Origin: a virus
Lineage: Duplodnaviria > Heunggongvirae > Uroviricota > Caudoviricetes
DNA length: 64,000 nucleotides
IMG/VR virus record: IMGVR_UViG_3300042946_000906
Reading direction: 5' to 3' (one strand)
The position numbers and the translations under genes were made by a program. The notes beneath the pieces were generated by a model that was given only the letters and a program-made list of their open reading frames with translations, did no database searches and was not told where the DNA came from. The stretch's first letter is position 1. Every line of letters starts with the position of its first letter. Of the stretch, positions 56,001-64,000 are shown piece by piece.

Positions 56001-57838
56001 GTCATATGAACAGGAAGTCTAACTAATGTTCCTGTTAATGCTCCCATTAAAAATGTTTTTATACCTTGTTTACTTAGTTCATCTTCAAACGCCTGACCAA
56101 ATGATTCGCTTAATATTGAATTAGATTTCTGGTATTGACCAACATAGTAATCTTTCCAACCATTTGAAGAAATGCTTTGTAAGTTTTCTTGCAAACCTTC
56201 AACAAGTTCAAATCTTGCCATGTCTTTAAAGAACGCTTTACCTACTTGGAAAGTTGCTTCTTTTTTACCAAAGTCTGTTGCAATTTGTCCTGTAAGACCA
56301 TACGCTCCAGCAAATCCTTTTTTATAAAATTTCTTTAAGCCATTTTTTTCTACAAGTAACAAGTTATCTTTAGTTGCCTCAATCAATTCTCGCATTGTTT
56401 TATTGGCAGGTAAAAACTTATTAAACATGTTTCCAAATTGTAACTTGTTAGTTGCCAATAAGATTGCCATGTTTGTTTTATAATTTGCACCACTTGATTC
56501 CATTGATAACTTACGCATTTCTTCAAACTGCGTTTCATTTGGATTCTCACCATTATTACTATTACGATGATTGTCAATAAGTTTATTCAATGTATCACCA
56601 TAAGAAGACACAGCTTCAAAAGATGCTTCTGTTGCAGACATATTTAACTCTTGTGCTACACGTCTTAATCCTTGTGCACCCATACCAACAAGTTTACCTG
56701 TTGATAATCCTGCATCTACACCAGCTTTAATTCTTTCACCATATCTTATACCTGTACCAACTAATGGTAATCCTCTTGCGACATTACCTGTCATTTCAAG
56801 TACAGATTTTGATTTTAATATTGCTGGCAAGTTACCATTGAAAACTGTAAATGTATCATTTATAGCATCTCGTGCAATACTACCGGTTGTGTTAGATACA
56901 GCAGCCGCTTCATCTATTTTAGTCAATAATCTAATTTCTTCTGCAGACTTATTACCTAATGTAAAACCTTGTGCTGCTTCTCTAAAGAAATTTGTTTTCT
57001 TTGCAAGTGCTTCTGCAGATTCTCTGGCTCCTACTTCAACAGCTTCTCTACCAAGTAATCTTCCGAAACCTGCTCCAATTTTTGCAAAGGTAGGTGCAAA
57101 TAATGCAGCACCTTCACCACCACCAGGAGCTGTAGCCGCTGTTATTAAAATATCTGCAGCAATCTCTAACGACAGTGCTGCAAATGTTCCAAGCATAAAT
57201 CCACTACTTCCAATAAACTCAGACACACTTCCTTTTGAAAAAATACTATCTTGATCTTCAGGTTTTTGAAATACAAAGTTTTTTTGTGCATCCTTTTGAT
57301 CTTTATAATATTGCTGCATCATTTCATCTTCAGTAGGCATAAGCAAAGACATATCCATGTTTGCAATAGCAGAACCCATTCTACCATAACCAACAAAGTT
57401 TTCTTTGAATGCTGCACCAAATTTGCTTGACATAGAATCAAATCCTTTTGCAAGAGCTGTTCCCCATGTTTCCATTGCAGCAAATCTTGCATAGTTAGTA
57501 GGATCCTTTGGATTAAATCCATCTGGATTATATGATTCTTGTTGTGTAAAATTTGCTATACTATCAGCATCCAAGTATCTTATACCAGGTGACTTTTGGT
57601 AAGTCATTGAATCAATAAGAGATGTAGGAGGATCTATTTTGTTTTGCAACTGTTGTCTACCAACATACTGAGAATAACGCATAGCATCTCCAAGTGGATC
57701 ACCAGCTGGACCATCAGAAGAAGTTTCAACATTATTTGTTGCCTGATTATTTGATGACATTAATGACGCAAAATCCTGTTGTTGATTTGCATCAGTAGCA
57801 GTTAATGCTGATGCGTCTAATTCTGTGTTTTCAGCCAT
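53012..57838 (-). CDS. large virion protein (1608 aa)
   Basis: Continuous 4.8-kb ORF; Gly-rich segment (GAALFAPTFAKIGAGFGRLLG) and Pro/Thr-rich linker (PEPEIPEAAVTTTQGIPDEISQPIELPVTPVATVAPVTPAPAPTP). Confidence 0.6.
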   Translation of the reverse strand: MAENTELDASALTATDANQQQDFASLMSSNNQATNNVETSSDGPAGDPLGDAMRYSQYVGRQQLQNKIDPPTSLIDSMTYQKSPGIRYLDADSIANFTQQESYNPDGFNPKDPTNYARFAAMETWGTALAKGFDSMSSKFGAAFKENFVGYGRMGSAIANMDMSLLMPTEDEMMQQYYKDQKDAQKNFVFQKPEDQDSIFSKGSVSEFIGSSGFMLGTFAALSLEIAADILITAATAPGGGEGAALFAPTFAKIGAGFGRLLGREAVEVGARESAEALAKKTNFFREAAQGFTLGNKSAEEIRLLTKIDEAAAVSNTTGSIARDAINDTFTVFNGNLPAILKSKSVLEMTGNVARGLPLVGTGIRYGERIKAGVDAGLSTGKLVGMGAQGLRRVAQELNMSATEASFEAVSSYGDTLNKLIDNHRNSNNGENPNETQFEEMRKLSMESSGANYKTNMAILLATNKLQFGNMFNKFLPANKTMRELIEATKDNLLLVEKNGLKKFYKKGFAGAYGLTGQIATDFGKKEATFQVGKAFFKDMARFELVEGLQENLQSISSNGWKDYYVGQYQKSNSILSESFGQAFEDELSKQGIKTFLMGALTGTLVRLPVHMTTKGLEAASNKINERQYAKNPGENPVERVRKQFDKDIETLNTFFKQTEERTFKHKIVNFVNQTQEGQNQAEAAAKGLRYEFENSRDNALVSAISAAKRTESIDVLQRVVKEMGVDMSNEDFEKSFGVKLEDTKYTTPLEFSKSLAKDIKKYSDVTDSIRNKVKTFTEPTLYTQGSKEYFTAMIARSAEEDAVHTIAMNAVKGDMTAKRAQQIAQELLSNQSIANSSDYVIRVLTDPKILNDEKGNIMSELRIYRNNLKENTDESLKPKIEKQIKDKEEELANLEKWQSFFSNRVDASISLNEQGEIVPVENIVLDTFVGKRIDKKQTLLDGYGEPLDTIETTFDTNDDEVIEVFRQLLNVKNRQAGVDTQISETEMRDVHSKLVDYMKLDKDTKDYMNAVDTLMNPKNFKHAISKMTDGKMKFNVISFLDRYNVTIIQHVYGKGGLLDSLEEVNSSFNESDKLAIGFEIMEMMYQDENYKNLLTVALDPNLGIQNGEYVDKLLGSLKDNVTAKFADIVKKYAPSEYTQDITDEDYDQMIATGKIEPIKEQLLVDKIARGEIALGENEQKLVNSEQFKESIDAQVAIAKQKISEEKTGTKTFKDPDGKWGVATTNDEIITEGYDTEAEAIAASEAMTNTSETPVSEIPETTPGQQYMDMSVVELQDNLNSINEAYDELSIQGTQQEIDDLLQERNYVLAALNKKLKETPASNAPEPEIPEAAVTTTQGIPDEISQPIELPVTPVATVAPVTPAPAPTPNVTQLTESNEEGFVSAAEVNFLSSLLGETPVESAAEPFTVTTNDAQTYDVKDTSNNVLQTVDTETKADEIATSANNTRKDIDFVKKFMDEVLTNIEDKMDTVKYTSMQSRGEKAMKLYNKKNGTEFKTLEEYAATKEGRKSLEGIRESVITGKRIKYTSKKVTVAKPTEEVQTSLFDTVETPNVLSTGRNILESLNNELADFKSIVQENSKEISKFVSEEPISESSILEQLKKAAECFK

Positions 57839-57844
57839 GACTTA

Positions 57845-60460
57845 TTATTTCTTTTTGCTATTAATTGTTTGTAACGCAGTCATATAAGTTTCATATTGCG
57901 TTTTGATGTGTTCATCAAGTGCCATGATTCCTTCTATATCATCTGGTCCACTCATTGGAATAAAATCAACTCCTGAACTAACCCATTTGTCTTGTATTGG
58001 ATCTTTGTATTTAGTACTGTATGAAACTGAATAGTTACCATATCTGTCATAATTACCAGTAGCAGTAAAATCAAATCCTGAGTTTTTAATATTTGTTTTA
58101 GCATTTATAGTACCTGTTGGATTTTGGAACAACAAATTAAAATCACCAAGAGATGTTTGATTCATTGTAGATTCTTTTACAAATTTCTTAAACCTTGATA
58201 ATGAAGGATTTGTATTTATTGTTTCAAATGGCAATGTCACAACTAAAGGTGCTGTTGCAGTTTTTGGATTATCATTTTTATTTCTTACAGTTATTTTTAC
58301 AGTTTTCTTAACCGGATCACTGCTTACTTCATACTCGTCACCTAATGCTTCAGCTCTTGCTTTAGTGTTCATGTTAGCAAATTTAGTAAATACTTCAGGA
58401 TCATTTGCAGATGATGCCGCAACAGAACCAAATATATTACCCCATTCGTCTGCAGTAACACCTGTGTTTAATCTTGTTATAGTTGTACCGGTTGTTCTTT
58501 TTGTAAATTCTGGAGATACTTTTAAACTTAAACCATTTTTTTCTGCTTCTGACAACTTAGATAAATCAAATATTGGATACCCTGATTGTGTACGCCCTGT
58601 GATTTTTACTTTGTCTTTGTATGTCTCTTTTATGTTCCCTTCAGCATCAGTTATACTTTTAGCAATGTTTTCATAATTTTTATCAAGTTGTTCTCTTTGT
58701 GTAAATACTTGATCAAACTTACCCATTAAATTATTCAATACATACAATTGTTGTTTGTACTCTTGAACACTTCCTTGTTTTGCAAGAATAGGAATAAGTT
58801 TTTTTGCTTTAGTATAAACACCAAGTGCAAATGATTCAAGCATTGATTGTGCAAGTTGTGGAGTTTTTGGATCATATGCGTGATCAAGACCAAGTTTTTT
58901 TGCAAGTGAACCATACAATTTTCCTTCTTGTTCTGTTAATTTTTCATTACTACCACCAGCAATTCTTTTTAATTTATCCATTACTGTATAATACTTACCA
59001 GAATTATCACCACCAACAACAATGTTTAAAGCACCTTCTTTTGGATCAAATGCGTCTGAAAATAATTCGTTACGTGTAGTTGTCAATGATTCAGCAAGAA
59101 CATCAACAGCTGGTAAAGAAGAAGTTGTCTGAGAAGTACCAGTGATAGTACTTGTTGGCAACTCACCTTTTCCTCCGGCAATTCTTATTTTCAATGCCAT
59201 CTCACTATCAAACTGTTTTTGGTCTTGATCCATCTCCATTAACTTAAGATCTCTATCTTGATTCATTTTTGCAATAGCAAGACTTCTGGCATTATTTTCT
59301 TTCCACACATTCATTGCTACATCATCCTGATCTATTTCAACTTTAGATGTTACATTTGCATAATTTTTACCCCAATCTAATGCAGTTTTAATCATTGCAT
59401 TATTTTTGTAAAGATTGTGCAAGTTTTGTGCAATATATTCAAAACCACCAGTAGTTAAATCATTTAGATCTTTCTCTGCATTTCCTGCAGTTTTTTCAAG
59501 TTCTTGTTTTTGTGCTTGTAAACTATTATAATATGCCTGTTGTAAAACAGGTACTCCATCCGGATGTTCTCTATCAAATAGTTCTATTTTTTCAAGTACA
59601 TCAGATAATCCTAATTTAGTTTGAATTTCTGTTTTCTTGGCTTCTTCAACTGCAGGTTGTTCAAGTTTTTTTGCAAGGTTTTGTAATGCTTGATCTCTGG
59701 AAACTTTACTTGTTTCCATTTCTTCTTTAATGTCATTTTCAGCATTAACAAACCCCATTACTCGCAATTGTTCATTAAATCTACCATCTGCTTTCATTTC
59801 TGAAATTGCCCATTGTGCAAATGATGGTGCAACCTCTGGTCCATTAGTTTTTTTAATTTTATAAAAACCATGCACCTCATCTCTGACAATTTCTAATTTT
59901 AAATCTTTTACACGTTGTTCAAGAAATCCAGTTACATCTTCAAATGGTACAAAGTTTTTTGGTTGTGCTTTTAATATACTACCGTCACCACGTTTGGCAT
60001 TTTTTAATTCACTAATACCATAGTTCATATAAGCCATACTATAATCACTTGCAAGCGCTCTTTGCTTTGGATCGTCACTTGCTTTTAGTGCATTATATTT
60101 ACCTATTTCATTACTATAATATTTTGTCAACGCCATGTCACGACCAAGTTCTTTGTCTTGCGTAATTGGATCTACAATAGAATTTGCAATACTAATGTTT
60201 GCAGGATTTGATAAATCTAAGTTTGAAATGTCTTTTAAAGAGCTTTGTACTTTTTTAAACACTTCTTTGCGAAATTGTTCGTTTGATTCAGAAGTTAATG
60301 GATCATTTAATGCAGAGTTGATTATGCTTTTTACATAATTAAATCCACGATCATACTCACCTTGTTTAGTTCCCAACACTTGTGTAAGAAAAGCATAATC
60401 AGGTTTATATAAATTTAATTGTGGAAACTCGTCAGTAACTCCTTTTAAAAATGTTGCCAT
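57845..60460 (-). CDS. virion structural protein (871 aa)
   Basis: Continuous ORF, 7 nt from the neighbour; no assignable motif (portal or tail component possible). Confidence 0.55.
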   Translation of the reverse strand: MATFLKGVTDEFPQLNLYKPDYAFLTQVLGTKQGEYDRGFNYVKSIINSALNDPLTSESNEQFRKEVFKKVQSSLKDISNLDLSNPANISIANSIVDPITQDKELGRDMALTKYYSNEIGKYNALKASDDPKQRALASDYSMAYMNYGISELKNAKRGDGSILKAQPKNFVPFEDVTGFLEQRVKDLKLEIVRDEVHGFYKIKKTNGPEVAPSFAQWAISEMKADGRFNEQLRVMGFVNAENDIKEEMETSKVSRDQALQNLAKKLEQPAVEEAKKTEIQTKLGLSDVLEKIELFDREHPDGVPVLQQAYYNSLQAQKQELEKTAGNAEKDLNDLTTGGFEYIAQNLHNLYKNNAMIKTALDWGKNYANVTSKVEIDQDDVAMNVWKENNARSLAIAKMNQDRDLKLMEMDQDQKQFDSEMALKIRIAGGKGELPTSTITGTSQTTSSLPAVDVLAESLTTTRNELFSDAFDPKEGALNIVVGGDNSGKYYTVMDKLKRIAGGSNEKLTEQEGKLYGSLAKKLGLDHAYDPKTPQLAQSMLESFALGVYTKAKKLIPILAKQGSVQEYKQQLYVLNNLMGKFDQVFTQREQLDKNYENIAKSITDAEGNIKETYKDKVKITGRTQSGYPIFDLSKLSEAEKNGLSLKVSPEFTKRTTGTTITRLNTGVTADEWGNIFGSVAASSANDPEVFTKFANMNTKARAEALGDEYEVSSDPVKKTVKITVRNKNDNPKTATAPLVVTLPFETINTNPSLSRFKKFVKESTMNQTSLGDFNLLFQNPTGTINAKTNIKNSGFDFTATGNYDRYGNYSVSYSTKYKDPIQDKWVSSGVDFIPMSGPDDIEGIMALDEHIKTQYETYMTALQTINSKKK

Positions 60461-60482
60461 GTTTATTTATTGTATAAAAATA

Positions 60483-63400
60483 TTAATCTTCAAAAAAGTA
60501 TAAAGGTAATGCACCAAAATCAAATACTACACCACCATATTGTTTTTTTACTTTTCCACCATATTTTGATTGTCTTGGCGCAGGTAATGCTTGTCCAGAT
60601 AGAATAGCATTACGACCAGCAGTTTTATTATCAGCTACAGCAGCTTTACCATTTACTTCTGCATTTGCAGCATCTATCGCGTCTGACGCACTAAAACCTT
60701 GACTTTTCCAATATTTTACTCGATCTTCAAATATATATCCTGATTTACTATTTTTACCAGTTGGGTCTGCAGGATTAATATACGGATCATACACAGGTCT
60801 ACCTTGTGCATCAAACATTTGTCTGCCATCTTTAAAAGTTACATCACCTGTATTACGATCAATATCGTAATTAAACATGTCAGATAACTGATTAGTTCTT
60901 TGCCAGTTTGTAGTACCATTATTCCAAGCATCAAGCTGTCTCCATTTTAATGCACGTCTGGCATTATCATATTGTTGTCTTGCTGTTACTGATTGACCAA
61001 TGTAATTTTGTAATGAGTTTGCATTTAAAATCTTTTCTTGATTATTAATTCCAGCAATGTTACCAGAAAATCGATTAAAAATATTTGAATTTTGATTTTC
61101 AACATCACCAATAATATTTGCAGCTTGACCAAGTCTTTGATTTGATGGCGCAACTTGAGATGCACCAGCAACATTACCTGCTGTTGTATTGTATGCAGCT
61201 TCTCTATCAGCAGCAGCAGCTTCTTGCATCGCAGCAATTCTTCTATCAGGATCAAGCAATGCGTAACGAGGAGTTTCTAAATCAACTTGAGTTAATGCAG
61301 GAGGATAATAACCAACATTGTCAGTAAGTGTACCAGCAAAGTTTACTGCATCTTGTATCCACCAAGGTCTTCTTGGTTTTGGTTTTTCTTCAACTACTTC
61401 TTGTTTACCATTACATCCTGCTTCAGCTTCTTCACGTGTATTGTAAGAACCTGCAGGCATCTCTCCTTCATATTCAAATTGATATATTTCTTTTACACCG
61501 GTTACAGGATCTTGTCTACATGACCATGCTCTTTTTTTCTCTGGTATTGGTTCAGGTTTGTCTTCTGGTTTCTTAGCAGTCATTGCTTCTAAGAAAGCAT
61601 TGTGAAATGGACCTGGATCACCATCTGTAGCAAGTTCTAATATCTTATCATAACGTGCTTGACCTGTTAAACCTTGTAATTGATAAAGTATGTTTGGACC
61701 ATATTTACCTTTAGCTGCAACATTGGTTAAATAATCATCAATTGCTTTAGCACTTTCTGAATTTAACATTGCTTGTTGAGCTTTTGGTTTCCACACTTTG
61801 TCATAATTTTGTGGCTTCCAGTCTTCATATGTTGCTTTTTCTTTTGAAGTACTTGGTAATCTTTTTACACTGGATGGTTGAAATTCATAGTTTGGATCAT
61901 TATTTGCAATTACTTGCTTATTAGGATCTCCTGTGGAAACTGCTGCTACAGAACCATTTTGAATTCCTTGTGCTGTAGTTGCCATAAAGGGTTGAGATGC
62001 AGCAGTTGGTGCAGCATCTGCAGGAAATAAACTTGCAAGTTCAGCTGGTAATTCAGGATTGGCAACATTTGTATTTGTAGCAACAGGTGGAATATTAACA
62101 GATGTACTTGCAGATGTTGCTGCAGGATTAGCAACAGCATCCATTGCTTGTTGATCAAGAGATGGAGTTGCGGAAGTTGAAGTTGCAGAATCACTTTTTG
62201 ATTTATCTTCACCACTAAACAGGTCACTAAAAAAGTCACCTATACCACCAAAAAATCCGTTTGATGAACCATCATCCATCATTGAAGATCCAGAAGCATC
62301 GCCAACTGTGCTTGGACCAGTATCACCTTGATGTTTTGGTAAATATCCACCATGTCTATAACCTGGAAGCGGTTTACCATTAATAAAAGCTTCATGCGTT
62401 CCGTCTGGATAAAAAATTCTTATTGTATCACCCATTTTAACAGCAGAACCTTCTTGACCTTTAAACTTTCCACTTGGTATAATAAACTTTGGAAATGTTT
62501 GCATTTTACCAGAAACTCTTTTAGCAGGTTGCTGTGTTACCTTTGTGTTTGGTGTTACTACAGTTTTTGCTGCAGGTTTGCTGTTATCTTCTTTTACAAC
62601 AACTTTTGTTGTTAGAGTATCTTCTTCAACTACTTCTTCTTCAGCAGTATCTACCCAATCTTTTGCACCAGCAGTTTCAGCATCTGCTTGTGTAGTACCG
62701 GCAGCTGCTTCAGGAACTACGGTTGGAGCTATACCAACAATTTTGTTAAACTCGTCAATAGGAATTAACTTCTTGCCAAATTTAGTATCAAAGAAAGAAC
62801 CAATGTTTTGATCTGGATCATCAATTTGTTCTACACTTACAGCTTGTCTATTACCAGCTGCTGAACCATAAGGACTGTATACATCAGAAGCAACAACTTT
62901 ATATTTTTTGTTACCTTGTGTAAATGTATATCCAGGTTTCATTTGTGGTTTAACTGCAGGTTTTGCAGTAGCAACAGGAGCTGTAGGAGAATAATTAATT
63001 GTATTATATTTCACACCTCTACCAATATCAAATATAGATCTATCTTGATTCCACCAAGTAAGATTGCTAATATCTGTATAGTTATTTGGTTGAATTAAAT
63101 TATCTGTCAATCCCATTTTAAGAGACTTTTTTGCAGTTAATTTTTTCCAATCAGAAAGTGTCATTTCAGTCATTGTATCAGGATTACCATCCTCATCAAT
63201 TACTTGAATAGGTTTTTCAAATTGAACCCACATATCGTTTGCATCATCTCCATCACTATCATTATCAACATCAAAGAACCCTTCATAAGTTTTTACAATT
63301 CTATTCGGTTTACCATTTATATAAAACGTACCAGGAGCAGGTGCTGCAGGTTTAGGTTTTGCTTTTGGTTTTGGTTTAACTGTACCTGCTTTTTGGTACA

Positions 63401-64000
63401 TAGCCATTCCACCATAACGCATTTGACCTTCTTCTCCAGCAGCTTCTCTACCTTCCATTGCTTCTTCAGGCATACCCTCACCTTGTCCTTGCAATCCTGC
63501 CATAACAGATTGTGCAATTGCAGGTACTCCATCAGGAAATCCTTTCATTGATTCTTGCACCAATGCTAACATGCCAAGTTTCTCAAGATTATTTTTTAAC
63601 ATCTGAGAAGCAGTACGCTTTGATACAGGATCTGTTGCATCATCCTTTAGAATATTCATGTAGTTATTCATAGGATATTTTTGTGCAATCTTTGCTGGTG
63701 TAACACCACCTTTGTCAAATTTGGTAATACCAAAAATAGAAAGTACTTCAGGATCTTTAATCTTTAACTTTTTTGTGTCAGAGAATATAAATGAACCAGG
63801 TGCAACATTAAGAGGCACACCGCCTTCAGTATGTCTTTTACCAACAATTTTACTATGTTCTAAAAAACCATCATTGTTGATATCACCGATTACAGTTTCT
63901 CCACCTTCAGCTTCTATATTAGCTTCTTCACGTGGAACTGCACTGATAGTGTTTTTGACATTACTGTCTTGGTTAATTGGATTTACTTTGATATATAAAT
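60483..64000 (-). CDS. large virion structural protein, N-terminus outside the window (>1170 aa)
   Basis: The ORF-track 'M' at 63816-63818 is a GTG. The reading frame stays open on the minus strand to nt 64000, so the gene continues upstream beyond the window. Contains Pro/Ala/Lys linker (VKPKPKAKPKPAAPAPG). Confidence 0.55.
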   Translation of the reverse strand, partial: LYIKVNPINQDSNVKNTISAVPREEANIEAEGGETVIGDINNDGFLEHSKIVGKRHTEGGVPLNVAPGSFIFSDTKKLKIKDPEVLSIFGITKFDKGGVTPAKIAQKYPMNNYMNILKDDATDPVSKRTASQMLKNNLEKLGMLALVQESMKGFPDGVPAIAQSVMAGLQGQGEGMPEEAMEGREAAGEEGQMRYGGMAMYQKAGTVKPKPKAKPKPAAPAPGTFYINGKPNRIVKTYEGFFDVDNDSDGDDANDMWVQFEKPIQVIDEDGNPDTMTEMTLSDWKKLTAKKSLKMGLTDNLIQPNNYTDISNLTWWNQDRSIFDIGRGVKYNTINYSPTAPVATAKPAVKPQMKPGYTFTQGNKKYKVVASDVYSPYGSAAGNRQAVSVEQIDDPDQNIGSFFDTKFGKKLIPIDEFNKIVGIAPTVVPEAAAGTTQADAETAGAKDWVDTAEEEVVEEDTLTTKVVVKEDNSKPAAKTVVTPNTKVTQQPAKRVSGKMQTFPKFIIPSGKFKGQEGSAVKMGDTIRIFYPDGTHEAFINGKPLPGYRHGGYLPKHQGDTGPSTVGDASGSSMMDDGSSNGFFGGIGDFFSDLFSGEDKSKSDSATSTSATPSLDQQAMDAVANPAATSASTSVNIPPVATNTNVANPELPAELASLFPADAAPTAASQPFMATTAQGIQNGSVAAVSTGDPNKQVIANNDPNYEFQPSSVKRLPSTSKEKATYEDWKPQNYDKVWKPKAQQAMLNSESAKAIDDYLTNVAAKGKYGPNILYQLQGLTGQARYDKILELATDGDPGPFHNAFLEAMTAKKPEDKPEPIPEKKRAWSCRQDPVTGVKEIYQFEYEGEMPAGSYNTREEAEAGCNGKQEVVEEKPKPRRPWWIQDAVNFAGTLTDNVGYYPPALTQVDLETPRYALLDPDRRIAAMQEAAAADREAAYNTTAGNVAGASQVAPSNQRLGQAANIIGDVENQNSNIFNRFSGNIAGINNQEKILNANSLQNYIGQSVTARQQYDNARRALKWRQLDAWNNGTTNWQRTNQLSDMFNYDIDRNTGDVTFKDGRQMFDAQGRPVYDPYINPADPTGKNSKSGYIFEDRVKYWKSQGFSASDAIDAANAEVNGKAAVADNKTAGRNAILSGQALPAPRQSKYGGKVKKQYGGVVFDFGALPLYFFED

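Noticed and set aside
32819-63551. Numerous + strand ORFs inside the giant minus-strand virion genes (e.g. 34255..34443, 36064..36258, 39329..39595, 50687..50971, 53259..53597, 54951..55247, 55488..55820, 56838..57254, 58365..58676, 61118..61576, 62352..62811, 63204..63551) and short minus ORFs like 31388..31624 and 61025..61255
   Set aside because: Antisense or off-frame to continuous multi-kb ORFs; translations are Leu/Ser/Phe/Gln-rich low complexity, as expected from the reverse complement of Lys/Glu-rich coding DNA.
63816-63818. Start codon of the 1111-aa ORF as given in the ORF track
   Set aside because: The codon is GTG and the frame remains open to the window edge on the minus strand; treated as an internal Val of a gene whose true start lies beyond nt 64000.
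1-64000. CRISPR arrays, rRNA genes, integrase/attachment sites, IS elements
   Set aside because: No regularly spaced repeat arrays. No rRNA-like segments. No tyrosine/serine recombinase motifs or transposase ORFs seen; the window appears to be entirely lytic-phage-like content.

Overview
This 64-kb window looks like an AT-rich tailed dsDNA phage genome segment with no host flanks. The host is probably a low-GC Bacteroidota/Flavobacteriia-type bacterium; that is an inference from base composition only.

Layout along the window:
- 1 to ~28.05 kb, + strand: a dense run of short early/middle genes. It includes a complete replication and nucleotide-metabolism set: family-B DNA polymerase, DnaB-like helicase, TOPRIM primase, SF2 helicase, Sak4-like ATPase, PD-(D/E)XK exonuclease, UDG, dUTPase, dNMP-kinase-like protein, two metallophosphoesterases, a SAM methyltransferase and a GT-A glycosyltransferase-like protein. 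It also carries three small nuclease-like ORFs (2 HNH, 1 GIY-YIG), many small ORFs of unknown function and one lone minus-strand gene.
- 28.1-29.6 kb, - strand: a lysis cassette (M15 peptidase endolysin, membrane-anchored accessory protein, multi-TM holin-like protein).
- 29.9-32.4 kb, + strand: a class II (B12-type) ribonucleotide reductase and one more gene.
- 32.4 kb to the window end, - strand: one uninterrupted operon of giant virion genes: two small ORFs, then proteins of 928 aa (tail fibre), 1961, 3843, 1608, 871 and >1170 aa. The last one runs off the window.

Hairpin terminators sit at each convergence point. No CRISPR array, rRNA or integrase was seen.

Most notable observations:
- The 3843-aa protein carries a DFDVD motif, reminiscent of the NADFDGD metal site of two-barrel RNA polymerases and of crAss-like virion RNAPs. 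It also carries an HEAFH zincin-type motif.
- A 72-aa ORF resembles DUF2829/Tad2 anti-Thoeris sponges.
- A tRNA-like element has a 6-nt UGAAAA anticodon loop.
- A ~165-nt intergenic element is closed by a 15-bp stem.
- Two unlisted overlapping micro-ORFs (47-aa basic, 46-aa acidic) lie at the 3' end of the structural operon.
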